A DNA stretch of 64,000 bases from Daphnia carinata (lineage: Eukaryota). Below the pieces are notes generated by a model. It worked only from the letters and a program-made list of their open reading frames with translations. It did not search any database and was not told the origin of the DNA. The stretch covers positions 1,612,001-1,676,000 of the forward strand of contig NC_081331.1 of NCBI RefSeq assembly GCF_022539665.2, given 5' to 3'. A program made the translations under genes and the position numbers. This document shows positions 13,501 to 27,763 of the stretch, in pieces; positions within the stretch are counted from its first letter, which is position 1; the number at the start of each line of letters is the position of its first letter.

Positions 13501-16500
13501 CTAAACAGCGGCAGCAAAACAACATTCGTTCTCCTTCTCCGAACGTTGGATGGTTTAAATATATACTGGCGATCCATCAATTGGGGACGGACAAGAAGGA
13601 CAAGATCGAGATTGGCCCGTTTTGATGCTTTTCAATGCGCGATCTGGCGCTGTGAATTTGTTTGTTTGCGCGGACATTTCGATTCGGTTCTTAAATTTTT
13701 TTTTTTTTGGGGGGGGGGGATTTAATAGCAAAAAATGGTGGACAACTTTGCTGGGAAAATGCATTTTAAAAGACAAGAATGTTGAGAACAAATTCAGAGA
13801 ATTATATTTTTGGTGTGAAAAGAAACAAAAAATATTATATTAGCCGGTTTAAGTGCAGATTGCTTCTCCAATTTTTTTGAAAGACATTTTGTCTGAATAC
13901 GTAACTTGCACATCTAGTTATTTTTCCAATGCTTTTTGCCTCCTCAAAAAATGATTTACTGCAATAATCACGAGGTTGCCGAACCTATGGGCGTCAAAAG
14001 AAAAATGTTCCATTTGAGGTTGAGAATCTCTCACAGCCTCGTCGTTGTCGTTCGACCGCAAAAACCACTAGGACCAACAAACAGCAGCCAATCATCACCG
14101 ATTAAAAAACATTACTCGATTTGCTGCGGGGAAAACCTTTCGGCATATGAAAATGTGTTGTTCCTCTTTTTTTTTTCTCTGCATTTTTTATTATTTATGT
14201 TGATGTTGCGGTATAGTGGTGTCCGAAATCGTGAGAGAAATCGGACCGTGTCAGCTGGTCATCGTTCAGCAGTCACAATCGCTTGCCCGCAAAATTATAT
14301 TAACAAGTTGCGTGTAGGCGCAGATGATAGAAAAGCGGGAAAATAAATTCTTTTCTTTTTTTCAGGAAGATAAAATGTATATCTAAATACCAAGCGCGCT
14401 GATGGCGAGACAAGACACAACAAAAGAGAGAAAATAAATCAATCACGGCAAACCTTTTGCTTTGCCTTTTTTTTTTTTTGCTGGCTGTTGATATTCAAAC
14501 TGCTGCCGGTAACTTTCCCGTTTGGTATATCAATCAGACATTATTCAAATTTCTTTAATGTCTATCATCATCACGGCGAATATATATAGGAAAAGAGAGA
14601 AACAACAAAATAACGAGGGAAGAATAAATATATCCCCCCCCCCCTCCCTGTGTTTACGTACATGTTCTATCCCGCAAGCCGCACTGGAATTTTTTGAATA
14701 TAATCAACTACAATTTTCAATATAGAAAAGTGTGTTGTTGCCCACGGTGATACAGTGTAGACGCAAACACACTGTGAGGTGCAACTGTACATTATTCCGT
14801 TGTATGTTTCAGTTGCCTTTGAGTGTGCTTTATAACATCCAAGTCTCGTATATCGAGAGAAACGCAATTGCCCCTCTGTTTCAATAGCCTGCGCTATGTT
14901 AATTCAATCACGCCGTTCTCCCGTTTATATGTTGGTTTGCTCCTTTCAGCTGATTTTCTTCCAGCTTGGCATCTGTGTTATTAAATTTTCAAAAAAAAAA
15001 AGGGAAGAAAAAAAACATTGTTTCATCATCGAGTGGTGGAAAGAAGCCAAATAAAAATAGGGGGAAAGAGAAGAAGAAAAAACCGGTCGGCAATTTGAGA
15101 GGAAAATTCATTAAACAACAATCCAACTAAACAAAAACGTGAAAAAAAAAAGAATATTAAATAAGGAGTACGTATATCTCGTGTCCGAGCGCAGGTAGTC
15201 GATCTGACGATATAATCACAGAGTACCGGCACACTAGACGTCAGTACACACACACACACACAGGTGTGTCCTGTATTATTATTATATACTGAAAGGGAAT
15301 AGAAAAAAAAGGGCAACAACAATAGTTTTTCTTTTTTATATTGCTGTCTTGTCTGTATTATTTATTTGATTTCAATCATCACGAATGATTTTTTTTCTTC
15401 CCTTCACCGCTGGGCGCAAAAAAAATGTTCTTATAGAACGTATCTATCCAAACAAGAAAAATGGCCAGTGGATTTTTATCTTCGTCCTCGTTTCGTGGTA
15501 TCCTTTCTGATTTTCAAATTCCCTTTTCACGTGTGTGCATCTACATTTTTACAAATATATTGAAGTGATTGATTTACCACAGGCCGGGATCCAGCGCGAG
15601 ATTCAAAATTGTCTGTGGGTTTGTGAAAACACGAAAAAGAGGAGAAAGAAAAGAATAACTGGGTGTAAATGTATTGGATCTAACCTATTTATACGTGTGC
15701 TAGGTACATAAATAAATATGACCACATAAATCTTGTTACTAGTCACGATCATCTCGACCGACTCACGAATGATTCCAATCTCGGCTGCCATTCGCTTACG
15801 GTTGGACTGGTGTGCGCTATCTATAGAATTTAAAAAAAAAAAACGTAAGGGAAAGAAACGAAAAACTTTCCTTTCTCATTTCCTTATTCTTCTACTTGAA
15901 TTATGACGGAACGACAACGACAACTTGCGCCATAGCGACGTGTACGCTTTGAATATATTCTTATGCGCCCCCCTTCGCATGCTGGTGTTCAACTCTTCGG
16001 CTGGCAGTTGCAAGTGTTAATGAAGTAAAGAGAATTTCCCAGGGACGATTTTCAAAACTGCGCTCAGTTGGGCTCGCGCGTAAATCTCACATAGGAAAAG
16101 TGGTGAACGGCGCTGCAAGGTGGCGGTTGACAAACTCCCGCGGCCAGCACGCATTACATGATTTACTGTTCACATACACACTGAAAAAAAAGGAAGCATT
16201 CTTGCCGAAGAGGGAAAATGTCCATGGTCGTCTATGGTGGCAGCAGCAAAGTTGACAATGTCTAAGAGGGAGAGGGGGGAGGCTATTACACAACCAAATA
16301 GTACGCGTCTCCATGTTGCAGTCATCCAAGTACTTCATCATAGCGGCAATAAAAAAATAATAAAGAAAAATACGTTTTTCTAGTGGGTGGAATGAAGACC
16401 TTTTTTTTCATTTATTTATAAATTGTTGCTATTCACAGACGTAGCATTTCAGTCCATATATTTTCTTCCGTATCTATTTCTATCAAGCGTAAAGAGCTTC

Positions 16501-19500
16501 TTTTTGAATTCAAGGAAGCCGTGGGGCAGTCAATCGGCAGACGCGTAGGAATTTTTCTTCTCTTTCCTATCGCGTCGTTGTAACGATGATGATGTCGGCT
16601 TGTGCGCTATCTGCTGCTGTGATTCATCGTAAACGGAGAAGCCCGAAGGTGTTTCATTTGGCCGCTGGCGTTTGTTTTAAGATCACGGCAACTAAAACGA
16701 AAAAAAAAAACACGCAAACATGCGATGCAATGCTGATGTGGCTGTTACCCTCGAGAGAAAGAGCCGCGCATAATAACAATCACCATGCATCTTGCTCCAT
16801 CAAAATCAGTACGGGCCTAGGTGTAAATTTCTCATGGCACCTTTCAACTAGTTAAAGCGCGGCTAGGATAGAAAAAGACTTCCACCCCAACCGAAACTCA
16901 CCGAACAGAAATGGCGGTTTTTTTCCCCCTTCAAACTGATGGGGCTCCAGTCAAGTTTACACACGTTAGAAAAAAAAAGAATGCATCATCATCTTTTCGG
17001 AGTATTCTGGATAAGGGAGAGATAAAAGAAATGATATCCACAGTGAAGAAAACATCACCGCCGTCAAGAGTTGGAGCCGCGAGGGTCTAGTGTCAATGAT
17101 TCATCATCCGAAGTTGATGAGACAATTATCCATTAAATCAACGCGCGCGATTTGAATGAACGACATGCACACACACACACACACACCTTTGAGCTATACG
17201 TCGACACGGATGGACCCGTAAAGGGAAAAAAAAATGTTTTGCGTATTGATGAGTTTCGAGAGCGCGGCATTGTAGGAAGGACACACACGCAAAACAAGGG
17301 AAAGAGAGAGAAAAATAAAGAAGATATGAGAGGAGGTGCGATGAAGACGTGCCGGGAATGACAGGTCGTTCGTTATATGATGGGCCTCGTCCGCTCTTTT
17401 TTTTTTGTCAGGCCTTAGGCTTTATAGATGAATATGGCCGGTACTCGACTGCGGTCCCTTTAACTTTAACCTTTTTTTTTTTTTTTTCCTAGACAGGCAG
17501 GAAGCCCTCCTCTTCCATCTGTATAAGGACGGACCAAACCCACACAACACGAGAGATATTTGATTATTTAAAGTGTGCTGTATAACAACCTTTTTTGGTG
17601 TTGCAGCCTGTGTATAATGGATTCCACCGGTCTATCTCTCTCTCTCTCTCTCTTTTCAGAGAGGGCCGTGTGTGCTGTGAGAAGAAACACATAAGGGGTA
17701 GGATCTTCATGGGAAGGTAGAGAAACATGGCAGGTTGGCGTTTGGTTATTGGTTGATATTATTTATGTGTATTATGCATACACAGACAACAACTCTCTCT
17801 GGTTTTTAGGCACTGCAGGCTATTCGACAGGGAGGAAACCTCGGTGTGTTTGTAAGCAATGTTGTAAATCTATATTTTCCATTTACTTCTTCGCAACGCC
17901 TACGCTAGTCTCCCAATTGATTGCGCCTTCTTTTTAACATCTTTCTCTCGTTCGTTTCGTGATCTAGTCGTATAATATTTTCAGACCATTGGTGTTCTCG
18001 CAGCCCCACGAGAAATGTATCGATTTCTTTTCCTATTCGAATTGAATGTCTTTATTTTCCCACTTTTCATAATGTTCTACGGAATCAGTTTAATTTTAGA
18101 AAAAATATATTTTTCTTATAAGGGAACAAAGGAATTTCGACAGAGGAATTCAATTCTTTTAATCACATTCAGCATCCATGTCTTGAAGATGTAACTGAAA
18201 TTTATTTTAAAAAACGTATTGTAGTAAAAAAAAAATTATAAAGCCCTTGAATATTTCATTGGCAGCCCTCAACGAAAGTCTGTAAAAGAAATTTCTATCA
18301 TATGAAAAGAAGATATCAAAACCGTTGCTGAGTTATAAACAACCAACGGTGCCATTACCAATAAAACAAAAATTCAATGCCTGAAAAAAAAAGGCATATT
18401 TTTCAATCCGAATGAAACGAGCGCTCGAGGATCGAGAGAAAAGATTTCATCAGAGCCTGAAAAGATTGATTTAACTGCCGCTCTTAAATTTTTGAAAATA
18501 TACGACGAAATAATAAGAAAGACGCAAAATCATGCGCGATAACAGAATTCCCTGATTGGCTAGCTATTGCTATGCGTATAACATAAACTATATATTCAAA
18601 ATAAATTGCTTTGAAAATAAAATTCTTTTTACTAAATCAAAGAAGAAAAAAAAGGGCCAGTGATATTATTCAAACGGCGTCTGGATTGTACTCTAACAGG
18701 CCGGGTCTATTGGAAACGAATCGCTGCCGTCCAATCAGACGTCTATATACAAAAAAAAAACGAAATCAGCCGAACTACACCACAAGGTAGTGAATATCTA
18801 TTCAAATGGGAATCCCCACATAGCGAGTAATAGTTATCCTAGTTAAGGAATCAAGTTATAAATAAAATAGTTTGCTGCTAGTCATAAGGCTGCCCTCTTG
18901 CCTGTTCTATGATAACATGTACTAGCAACATAGAGAGACAGACAAAAGGACGCGCTTGATGTGGTTTGTTCATTGTTACACTCGACGGGTGGTTTGTCGG
19001 TGCACATACAAGTCGGAAAGGGCATATTGGGCTCTGCAATTTTTTCTGCATTTTTCTATACCAGCAGAGGAGGTCGATAGACTAACAAAAAGAGGGTGGT
19101 TTGATGAGGGAGAGAGGGGGAATCTTTTGGCGGTCCAGGAAGCAGATGGTGGCCGATCATGTTTCGCCACCCTCGTTACACACGGCAATACGTTTTTGAT
19201 AAATGTTTATAGCTGACTGTGTGCAACGTCTTTCCTCACTTATTCGAGTCAATGAGTTTTTATTATTATTGACACATTTACACTCGTTTGGCCGCCACTC
19301 TCCCCCCCCCCCCTTTACGAATAATCAGCGTGTCCTTTTTAACTGCTGTTATACTCGAGCGATTACACACACAATCTGTCAGTTGATTACTCCTTTAGAT
19401 ATTCCACCCTTTGCTCTTGAACTTACCTCACATTTTAAAAAGCCCTAACGGGACTGAGGTTTTTCAACTCGAACGTGTACAAACGGCCAACCCTCTCACG

Positions 19501-19727
19501 GACTGAGCCAACTGCGTGTGTCATTCAAAACAGAAGTCGGACCGATTGGATTCGGCTTGTTAGGGCCTCCGCTATGAAATCAAGTAACCGTGACTGACCA
19601 CATATTGTCCCAACATTATTTGTGTTGATGGGAGTAATACGTAATCACTGATTTTCTAGTTCCAACTGTTTTTATTACCAAACGGATTTTCTAAGCCATT
19701 TGTTTTGTGTTTTCTGTGAGTGTACGT

Positions 19728-19749
19728 GAGAGAGAGAGAGAGAGAGAGA
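19728..19749. repeat. (GA)11 microsatellite
   Basis: Direct reading. Confidence 0.9.
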
Positions 19750-22438
19750 AAGATGGGAAATTCAACTGTGTCAGGTGATAAATCATAGAAGTAACTCATC
19801 TTCTTCAACTGATATATTTTGGCGCCCAGCAAAGCAAAACTCTGACTGTATAATTTTCCCAGGGATTCTTGTTTTTCTTGGTTTTATTTCTTTTTTTTTT
19901 CTCGTCGGTGTGTTATAAACTACAGATTGATAACCAATCCAATGTGTGGTAATATAGGGTGTAGACTGAGACATTCCGCAGCCGAGGTGTGATGTAAAAA
20001 TGAACGAGATTTATTCCTACCCCTACGCCCGATCGAAAACAACGCAGCACCTTCGCATTCCCCTCCCCCCCTCCCGTCCCCTACACCAATACAACAACTC
20101 CACCAAGCGATCCGCACCGTGCCGTATGCGAGTTGTTGGACCCCCTCGATCATTCATTCAACAATCGGTCGTTAAGTGACCAATAGCGAAGGGAAAAGAA
20201 TGCTGTGCGTGCCTGGATAACTTCAAAATTTACGACGTCTAGCCCTTTTCATTTTCATTCTAAAAAGAAAAAGAAAAAAACAACAGAACATTTGGTTAGG
20301 GGATTCTTGAAATCTCCTCACCAAAAAAACAGATTTTGGATTATGTATGATGCCCCTCAAATAAAGATAGATGCATTAAAATTTATAAATCAGGAATTCA
20401 ATCCTGACTTTGTGCTTTAAAAATGGATGTCTAGATTGCAGAAAACAATGTATTCGTGACCTATAACTTAGCACACGTCCTGCAGTCGTTTCATTTTCAC
20501 TGCAATCATCCACAAAGGTACAACTTATTCACTTTTCTTCATATTCAATGCCTTGGTTGGTTTTTCATGCGTTTCGTTGGACTTGACGATGAAATTAAAT
20601 CAAGAGTTTTGGATAGAGGGGGCAAGATGGAAATTGTTGGACAAGTGATGCGCTTTCGCTGCTGCAGCTCCATGAAAAAAAAAAAACTTAAAAAAAGGAA
20701 AACATACGAATAGAAAGGAATGGTGAAGAAGAGAAGAGAATCATCATGAAATATGCATGATGATGATGTTCTCTCTCTCACACTAGGTCCTCCCCTCCCG
20801 TGGCGAGCTTTAGCACCTTGAGCTCGTTAAAAGACGGGACTTACAGGTGCGAAAATGCTCTCACACAGACACAGTGTGTCTGTGTGAGTGAGCGAGAGGA
20901 AGAGAAAAGGAACAAGGACAGAAGAAAAACATCGTCTCAAAAAGGTTCACACAAAAGAAAAGAAGAAAACTGTTAGGAGGGGGGGGGGGATGAAGATGTT
21001 AAGAAGATACGCCGGGAGATGACACGAATTCTTGGAACCCCTACGAGAGCGCCAGCCCTAGATGTGTGCGCTCGCTCCAAGAGAGAGAAAGAGAAAAGAA
21101 ATATAACGCGTGTTTATATTCTAATTACACGCCTTGTTGTATATATTTCACGTCAATTATTCGTTTCTTTTTCTTTCGATTTCGTCTGAAAGGGAAATGG
21201 AAATCCAAGTTGAAGATAAAAAAGAGAATCGATAACGTGCCCTAGTGTCGGAATGGAAGTTGAGCGCAGGCGCATCGGAATTTCTTCCACTTGAAATGTG
21301 CGAGTTGATCCAATCGTATGCCGTCCAAGGAAGGACCCAATAATATTAAAACGTTAGTTCTCCTTTTTTTTCTAATGCCTTTATTCTGTTCAAGAAATAG
21401 CATCTCTTATTCATTTAGGAACACTGCGTATTCATTCCTTCGTAAAAAAACAAAAAACAAATGCGGTGATGATCCGCATATTGCAATTGTTATCTTCACC
21501 ATCATTTCTTGGGACAGCCATCCGTTATGCGCAATAATAAGGAGATAAAGAGCAACGCATCCGCTATACATTTATTAATAATCATCAAAAACAATAATCG
21601 TAAACAAGCGGCCAGCGCAAGCGGCTACAACAAGATTGTTGTTGTGTTATTTTCATTTTTGTCCACGTTATAACACAAGAGAGCGAGGAATGTGTGTACA
21701 TGAAAGATGAAGAGATCACCTGCTGCTGCTGCGCTACATTTTACTACCCCCGGCCACTACACAGGCATCGAAAGAGAGGAGGGCACCAGGTATATACTAT
21801 AACATTTCTATTTGGCACGTCTAACCATTTTTATTTTATATACACCCACAAGAAAAAAAACTTCTGGCAGAGTAAAAAAAAAAAAATAATAATAATAAAT
21901 AAATAAAGACGGAACTCGGCAGGATGGACTCATCACAGCAGGTGAGCTGACGCCTTTTCCCCCTCCATTTTCATTTTTTTTTTCTTGTTGTTTTCTAACG
22001 TCAGGTTAGAAACCGAACGAGAAAGAGAGGAATTTTTTTTTCTCCATCTCTTACAAACACTGAGGAGAAGGGTCCCCCTTAGGGGGTGGTGGGTTTGGTG
22101 TTGGGTCGTGTGATTTAATGCGGCGTACATAAAATATAAGACGTGGATGAGGAGCCTCGTTACACGCCGGATCGCGCCTCCTCTTTCCCTTTTTTTTTTT
22201 TTGGAAAAAAATCCTATCGGTCGAGTCGGGCTCTATCAACTCAGCTGGAGTTTACAACACACACACACACCGACACCCCCGCTAGCAGACGACGCCGCCC
22301 GCCTCCTCTCTTTTTTTACAACACATTCAAATCAAGTCATGATCTTCCTCCTTTCCTACCTTTCCCTCCTCCTCTTCTTTTCCTTTATAACTAAATATAA
22401 ACTCTCTCTCCTCTGTATTTACCTCTTTTAGATACATC

Positions 22439-22442
<4 letters not shown>

Positions 22443-22468
<26 letters not shown>
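22443..22468. repeat. (AC)13 microsatellite
   Basis: Direct reading. Confidence 0.9.
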
Positions 22469-22469
<1 letters not shown>

Positions 22470-25400
22470 AGCCGAAAAAAAAGAGATAAACCTGTTGGTA
22501 AAAGAAGACATCAATTGACGTCATCCAACGAAAAGAGAAGCCTTCGCTTTAACCACACGACACACACACAAGACACACCGTGCGTGCTACACACAGCATA
22601 GCTTCAGGCTTTTTTTCTTACTTCTTTTTCAGAGCTGCAAAAGACGAATGGATATTATCTTGTTTTTCAATACAAGATCTCTATCATATGATTACCTGCG
22701 ATTTTTCTTCGTTGATTTTTTTTTTTTTTTTTTTTTTTTACTCTGTCGTGTTTTAGAAGAAGCACTGCCACTGGCCATCCTGCTGCTGTTGCCACGGCAG
22801 CTTAAGAAAAGTGGGTTTTCCCTTCTATATATACTAAATAGCAACAGCTTTTCAAACGCACCTAGAGACATCGAAATTCTACTCGTGTCTTTTCACGGGG
22901 ACGCATATGTCTATATATATATAAACTCGATGGTGAGGTGAACTAAAAATAAAAGTAAGGGCAGGACGTATAGTTGAAGGAATAGGTCAAAGAAGAACGC
23001 ATCGGACCAAAAGGTATCCAAGCGCTCTAGTTGGTCGTCTGTTTCAGGGATAGTTCCATTTTCAAACAGTTTCATCAGACTAATGAAATGTCAGGGCACA
23101 TCGGGGAGAAAAAAAAAAAAGCCGGAAATAAATGTACAGCTTTTACACGCAGTTAAGCAGGGATGGAATTATTGAGGCCTGCAATCATCCGTCATCCATT
23201 GGAATATCGAGTAAATTGCAGGGCCGATGTGTATAAACTACACTGACACACGTTGCCCAGCAGGGAGTATATACGCACATTGTCAGCACTTCTTCTTTTT
23301 TCGCTGCATGACGGGCGGGCCGCAATGATTTTTCCACGTGTTTAGAATAATAACAGCGTTCCAGGTCTTTTGCCTTTTTGTATCCATTAATCTTTTTTTT
23401 ATTTTTTACTTGTTTCTTTTTGCCATTGAAAATGTGAAAAATGGGAGAAAGAAAAAAAAAGAATTTTTAAGTTTCTGAAGTGAAGACTGAATTTAACGCT
23501 TCAACCGCTTGTTTTGGAACGTGCCCTGTTGATGCGGATGCCTTTAGCAATAACAAGCCAGCAAGGAAAAAATAGACACACATACTCCGCCTCTCTCTTC
23601 TTGAATTGCCCGTCCGCGACAAGGGTCTGAGAGGGCGTGAAATCAATTGTTACACACCGTCTATCTACACGCAGTTCTTCCCTGTACAATAAAGGGCACC
23701 TTTCGCTAAAGAGAAAAGCGCAATAAATGGACATGATCAACTGAAATGTTTTGCCTCTCCGCTGGAACCTTCTTGCTTAATAACGAGGGTCTTATTTACT
23801 ATGATAAAGAAATAGAAAATAACCTGATTTTCATTTCGTTCCATTGTTTTCTTTATTCTCTTAAACAATCCCCGTTTTTTGTTTTTTTTCAACAGTCAAT
23901 GTCTTTAAAAATGCCTTATTAAAATGTCTTGCCTTATTATTATTAATGTGAGGTTGTTGCTGTTGTTGTCGGAATTGAAGATGGGTTTTAGGTGATGGTC
24001 CAGCCTCATCATTGGTGTCGGTCGGGAACAAAAAAAAGATATAACAATAAAAAAACGAAGCCACAACATTAAAAAAATAGCCGAGCGGCCCGGGACGACC
24101 TGTAATATATTTTCAGATAATTAAAGAGGGTCGTGACTTTCATGAACAAAAAAAAACAAAACAAAATAACTATTTCCTTAGAAAAAGTATGTCGAGTTGT
24201 TAAAAGCTTTCAGTTTGGCCAGCGCGCCAGGCGTAGAATTCTGAACGAAGACAAAGTCTAATTTAATGGAAACCTATTGCAGATTAGGGCGTGATTGTGT
24301 CGAGTATATATATAAAAGATACTCGGAGAGCAACATGATGTAAACAAGGCACGTTCCAGAACAACCTCCCCAAACATTTAAGCAGCGCAGGATTATTCTT
24401 TCTATTTTACAAGGAAATCTTTAAAAAATTCGACTTAAACGCTGAAGTTATAAAAATTTGCGTCACTCACACACTGATAACAAATGATAATAAATAAAAA
24501 TTTAATTGGTAGCAAAGATTTGCATGTCATCCCTGTTTGCTCCCGAGAGTACATCACGTTTGGCATTTGAATCGAATCGATGGCGATAAAAAAAGAATTT
24601 ACCAACAACAGACAATCGAGGGCACCACAACATTTCGTCGATGCGCTCCTGCTGTGATGCCCAGATGCAAGCGATTCGAATCGATTTGAATCTTCCCCGA
24701 TTTGCCCTCCCTCTCCAAACATCAGGTCCTTTCCATTTGCCCTGCCATACAGTTTTAACTCCATGCGGCCCATATGATACAACGCATTTCTCTCCTATTG
24801 GTTCATCTGTTCACAATTTTTAAACATCTTTTCTATTATTCATTCATATTTTTTTTTGTGTCGATTTTAGAAAAAAAAAATTCTAACCCTCTCCCCATTT
24901 TTGGTTAGCCCGTTTTATTATTCATCTGAGTCTAGTGTGTTTATATGTATTTTATACATATAGAGAGAAAGACAGTTACGACACGAGGAGCAGCAGGAGA
25001 CGTTTTTCTTTTTTGTGGCTCGAACTATACACACATATGTATAGAAATCCGGGATGCGCGCATAATTGTCACGGACGCGCGCTCTACAAAAAAAAAAAGG
25101 CTGAAAAAAAAGGTTTCTCGTAGAGTTTCATGAATAAAAGTATGGCACTGACTACATTGTTAAACCAACAGCGCAAGTATGTTGGGCATTTGTATATACG
25201 TCAATTCGATAGACAAGTCCGTTGTTATTGTGTATTGCCAAAAGGGGAAAAAAACGATCAACACCCCCGCAAAAAGCCATTTGTTGCATAGTCCTCCCCC
25301 CCTCAAAGAAAAAAAAATCAGTCTATAAAAAAATGGAAACTGTATATGTAAACTCAGTCCCTCTATACACTCCTCTCTTATATGCATACATTTCTTTTTT

Positions 25401-27683
25401 TTTTATTGTAAATGCTGATGTCGAAGGGGACGATTGTCTCCTCGGGTTTGTGAATAATATTTCTTTTATTTATCTATTTTTTTTTGGTAAAAAAAAAATT
25501 GATCAATGAGAATCGCAAAACATATCGTGGAGGGAGTCCCTCCAGAAAAGGGCATCGAGGGGTGTCATACAAAAAAAAAGGACAAAGTCAAAAGCGCAGC
25601 AGTTGAGGACGACATATCCTGGTTCTGTCGTATAAGAGAAGCTCTTTTTTTTAAGGAATATGGGTGTGCATTACGTATGTATGAACCGTATGTGACTTCT
25701 ACATCGCAGTGTGTAGTCAAATAAACCACCGCCCAACAAAAAAACCTTCACTCTGTTGTGTGTTATTTCTTGTCTCGAGAGATCGATAACGATCGTCATG
25801 ATGACGACACGTCTACATAATATTTAAAAAAAGTAGGGCCTCAGTTGCATATAAATGTAGTAGGTTTTATTGGTCGTGTTTTTATATTGACTCAATCACC
25901 ATCACTTTGAGCGGATGAGACTTTGGTTGCTATTCTCGTGAGAGAAGAATTCGAATAGCAGGTTGTGTATAAGAACCGATATTTGTTTGGATGGCTTTTT
26001 ATTCTCATAAGGGAAGAAGAAAACAAAAGATATTCGGGGAATTTGATAAGGATGGATAACGTTTGTAATGATCGATTGAATATTGGTGTGAATGAAAAGA
26101 GTTGCGGCTAACCTTTTAAGTCGTCTCCTTAAATGGTTACATCAATCCACCTATAGTTTTTTTGGGTTGGTAATAAAAAAAAAAAGGCCGGCCGAATCAG
26201 CAATCCCTACTCATCATTTGTCTTGATTGATTCGATTGACCTCACTGTTAGCCTCACTACAATCCATCCAAGAAGGTCTTTTTATGATTTATAGGAACGG
26301 AACGGCGTATCGGCAAAGTTGCGACGCAAGGGACGAGGCCAATTATCACTTGGTGTTCTATTGATATAATCACGCACTCAACTTTTGTGCAACCTTCATC
26401 TATTCCTGTTTTCCTTATACTTTGAGGAAAAAAACGAGCATTTAATTCTCTGAAAATAATTGTATTATCTATAAGGAAAAGAACGTAGAAGTGAATTATG
26501 GAAGAAGAAAGACAAAGTGTCTAACGGAAGGCATCTAGTTATTTCGGCCATCTGGTGCGCAGCCGCAAGTTTTCCGAACGATATTATTACGTTCGCTATG
26601 CACTAACTCATAGTCTCCTCCCACTGTTCATTCACTTTAGCAGCCATCTTTAGTTTATAGCACAAGCCAGCAAACTAGAGTAAACTAGCGACAGATTGCC
26701 GACAATTAAAGCCAACAACTTCATTAGCATAGAGCCATTTACAGCCAAACTTTTGTTATTATTACGTTGCTCGTATACAAGGTCGCCGGACCAACGGCTC
26801 TTTATTAATGGGGTCCGCTTGACCATCTATCAGCCATAAATCGGCCCTTCTCTCTCCCCCCCCCCCAAACGTGTCCAAAGGACAATAAAAATGTGCTACA
26901 AAAACTATTTGTTTGTGTTGTACATGTGCTTGTGAGTGGTGTAATGATTATTAAGGTGTCTGTCTCTTGATAAGTTATGCTATAACGATAAATGACATTT
27001 CTATTTATGTATGAATGTGAATAGTATTAGTTCTATTTCTCTTCTTGGTGACGTGGACGGAAGGGGGCGAGATAAGGGGGACGTTTCACCGCCCTATACG
27101 CGCTACCTACATAAAAATGAACGTGTCAACTGTGATGAATGTTCTTTTTCTTTTCGGGCTCCCAACAAAAAGCTGGCAGACACAATCGTCAAATTTTTTT
27201 TTTCCAATACGACGAATCTTTGTGTAGATAGTCGGATTGCTATTGATTGTACGTTCCCTCCTTAAAAAAGAAATCCAGCAGATCATTTTTGATAATTTCA
27301 TTTTGATTTGTTTATTGTATAAACTCGGCCGCAGGAAATGATGAATAAGTTTTGGCTTTAGAGGGACACGCGAGAGCAAACCTGTACATCTAAGGGCTAC
27401 ATACTGTTAACACTTACCACACCTGTTTTTTGTTTTTAATGATTACACTTTTCCTTGGGTTCTAGGGGCGAGAGGAGTGCCAACTGAAAGTCTAATTTCA
27501 AGCTCCGTTGAACGGAGCCCGTCGCCCCGGCAAAATGCGCATTTCAATCCACGTTCCAAGTGTTGAGGGTTTTTAGCCTTAAGGATAGGTTTTTTTTTTA
27601 AAGGCTATATGACATTCGACTGCTTTGATGAAGAGATTGTTTGATTAAATTTTTGTGAATAACGGGATATTTTCTTATGCAAC

Positions 27684-27763
27684 AAGGTGGACTTTTACAT
27701 TGTTGGGAATAGCAAAAACGGTAAAGGTAGACTTTTACATTAAAACTGAAATTAGGGAATAGC
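27684..27763 (+). repeat. Degenerate short direct duplication
   Basis: AAGGTGGACTTTTACATT (27684-27701) and AAGGTAGACTTTTACATT (27724-27741), each followed by GGGAATAGC (27705, 27755). Confidence 0.8.

Noticed and set aside
15498..15506. GTATCCTTT, matching a U12-type 5' splice site
   Set aside because: Intergenic with no supporting exon; all introns in the six genes read as ordinary GT-AG.
27462..27518. Helitron 3' end (hairpin + CTAG)
   Set aside because: The CTAG is ~36 nt from the palindrome, too far for the usual spacing, and no 5' end or Rep/helicase remnant is visible.
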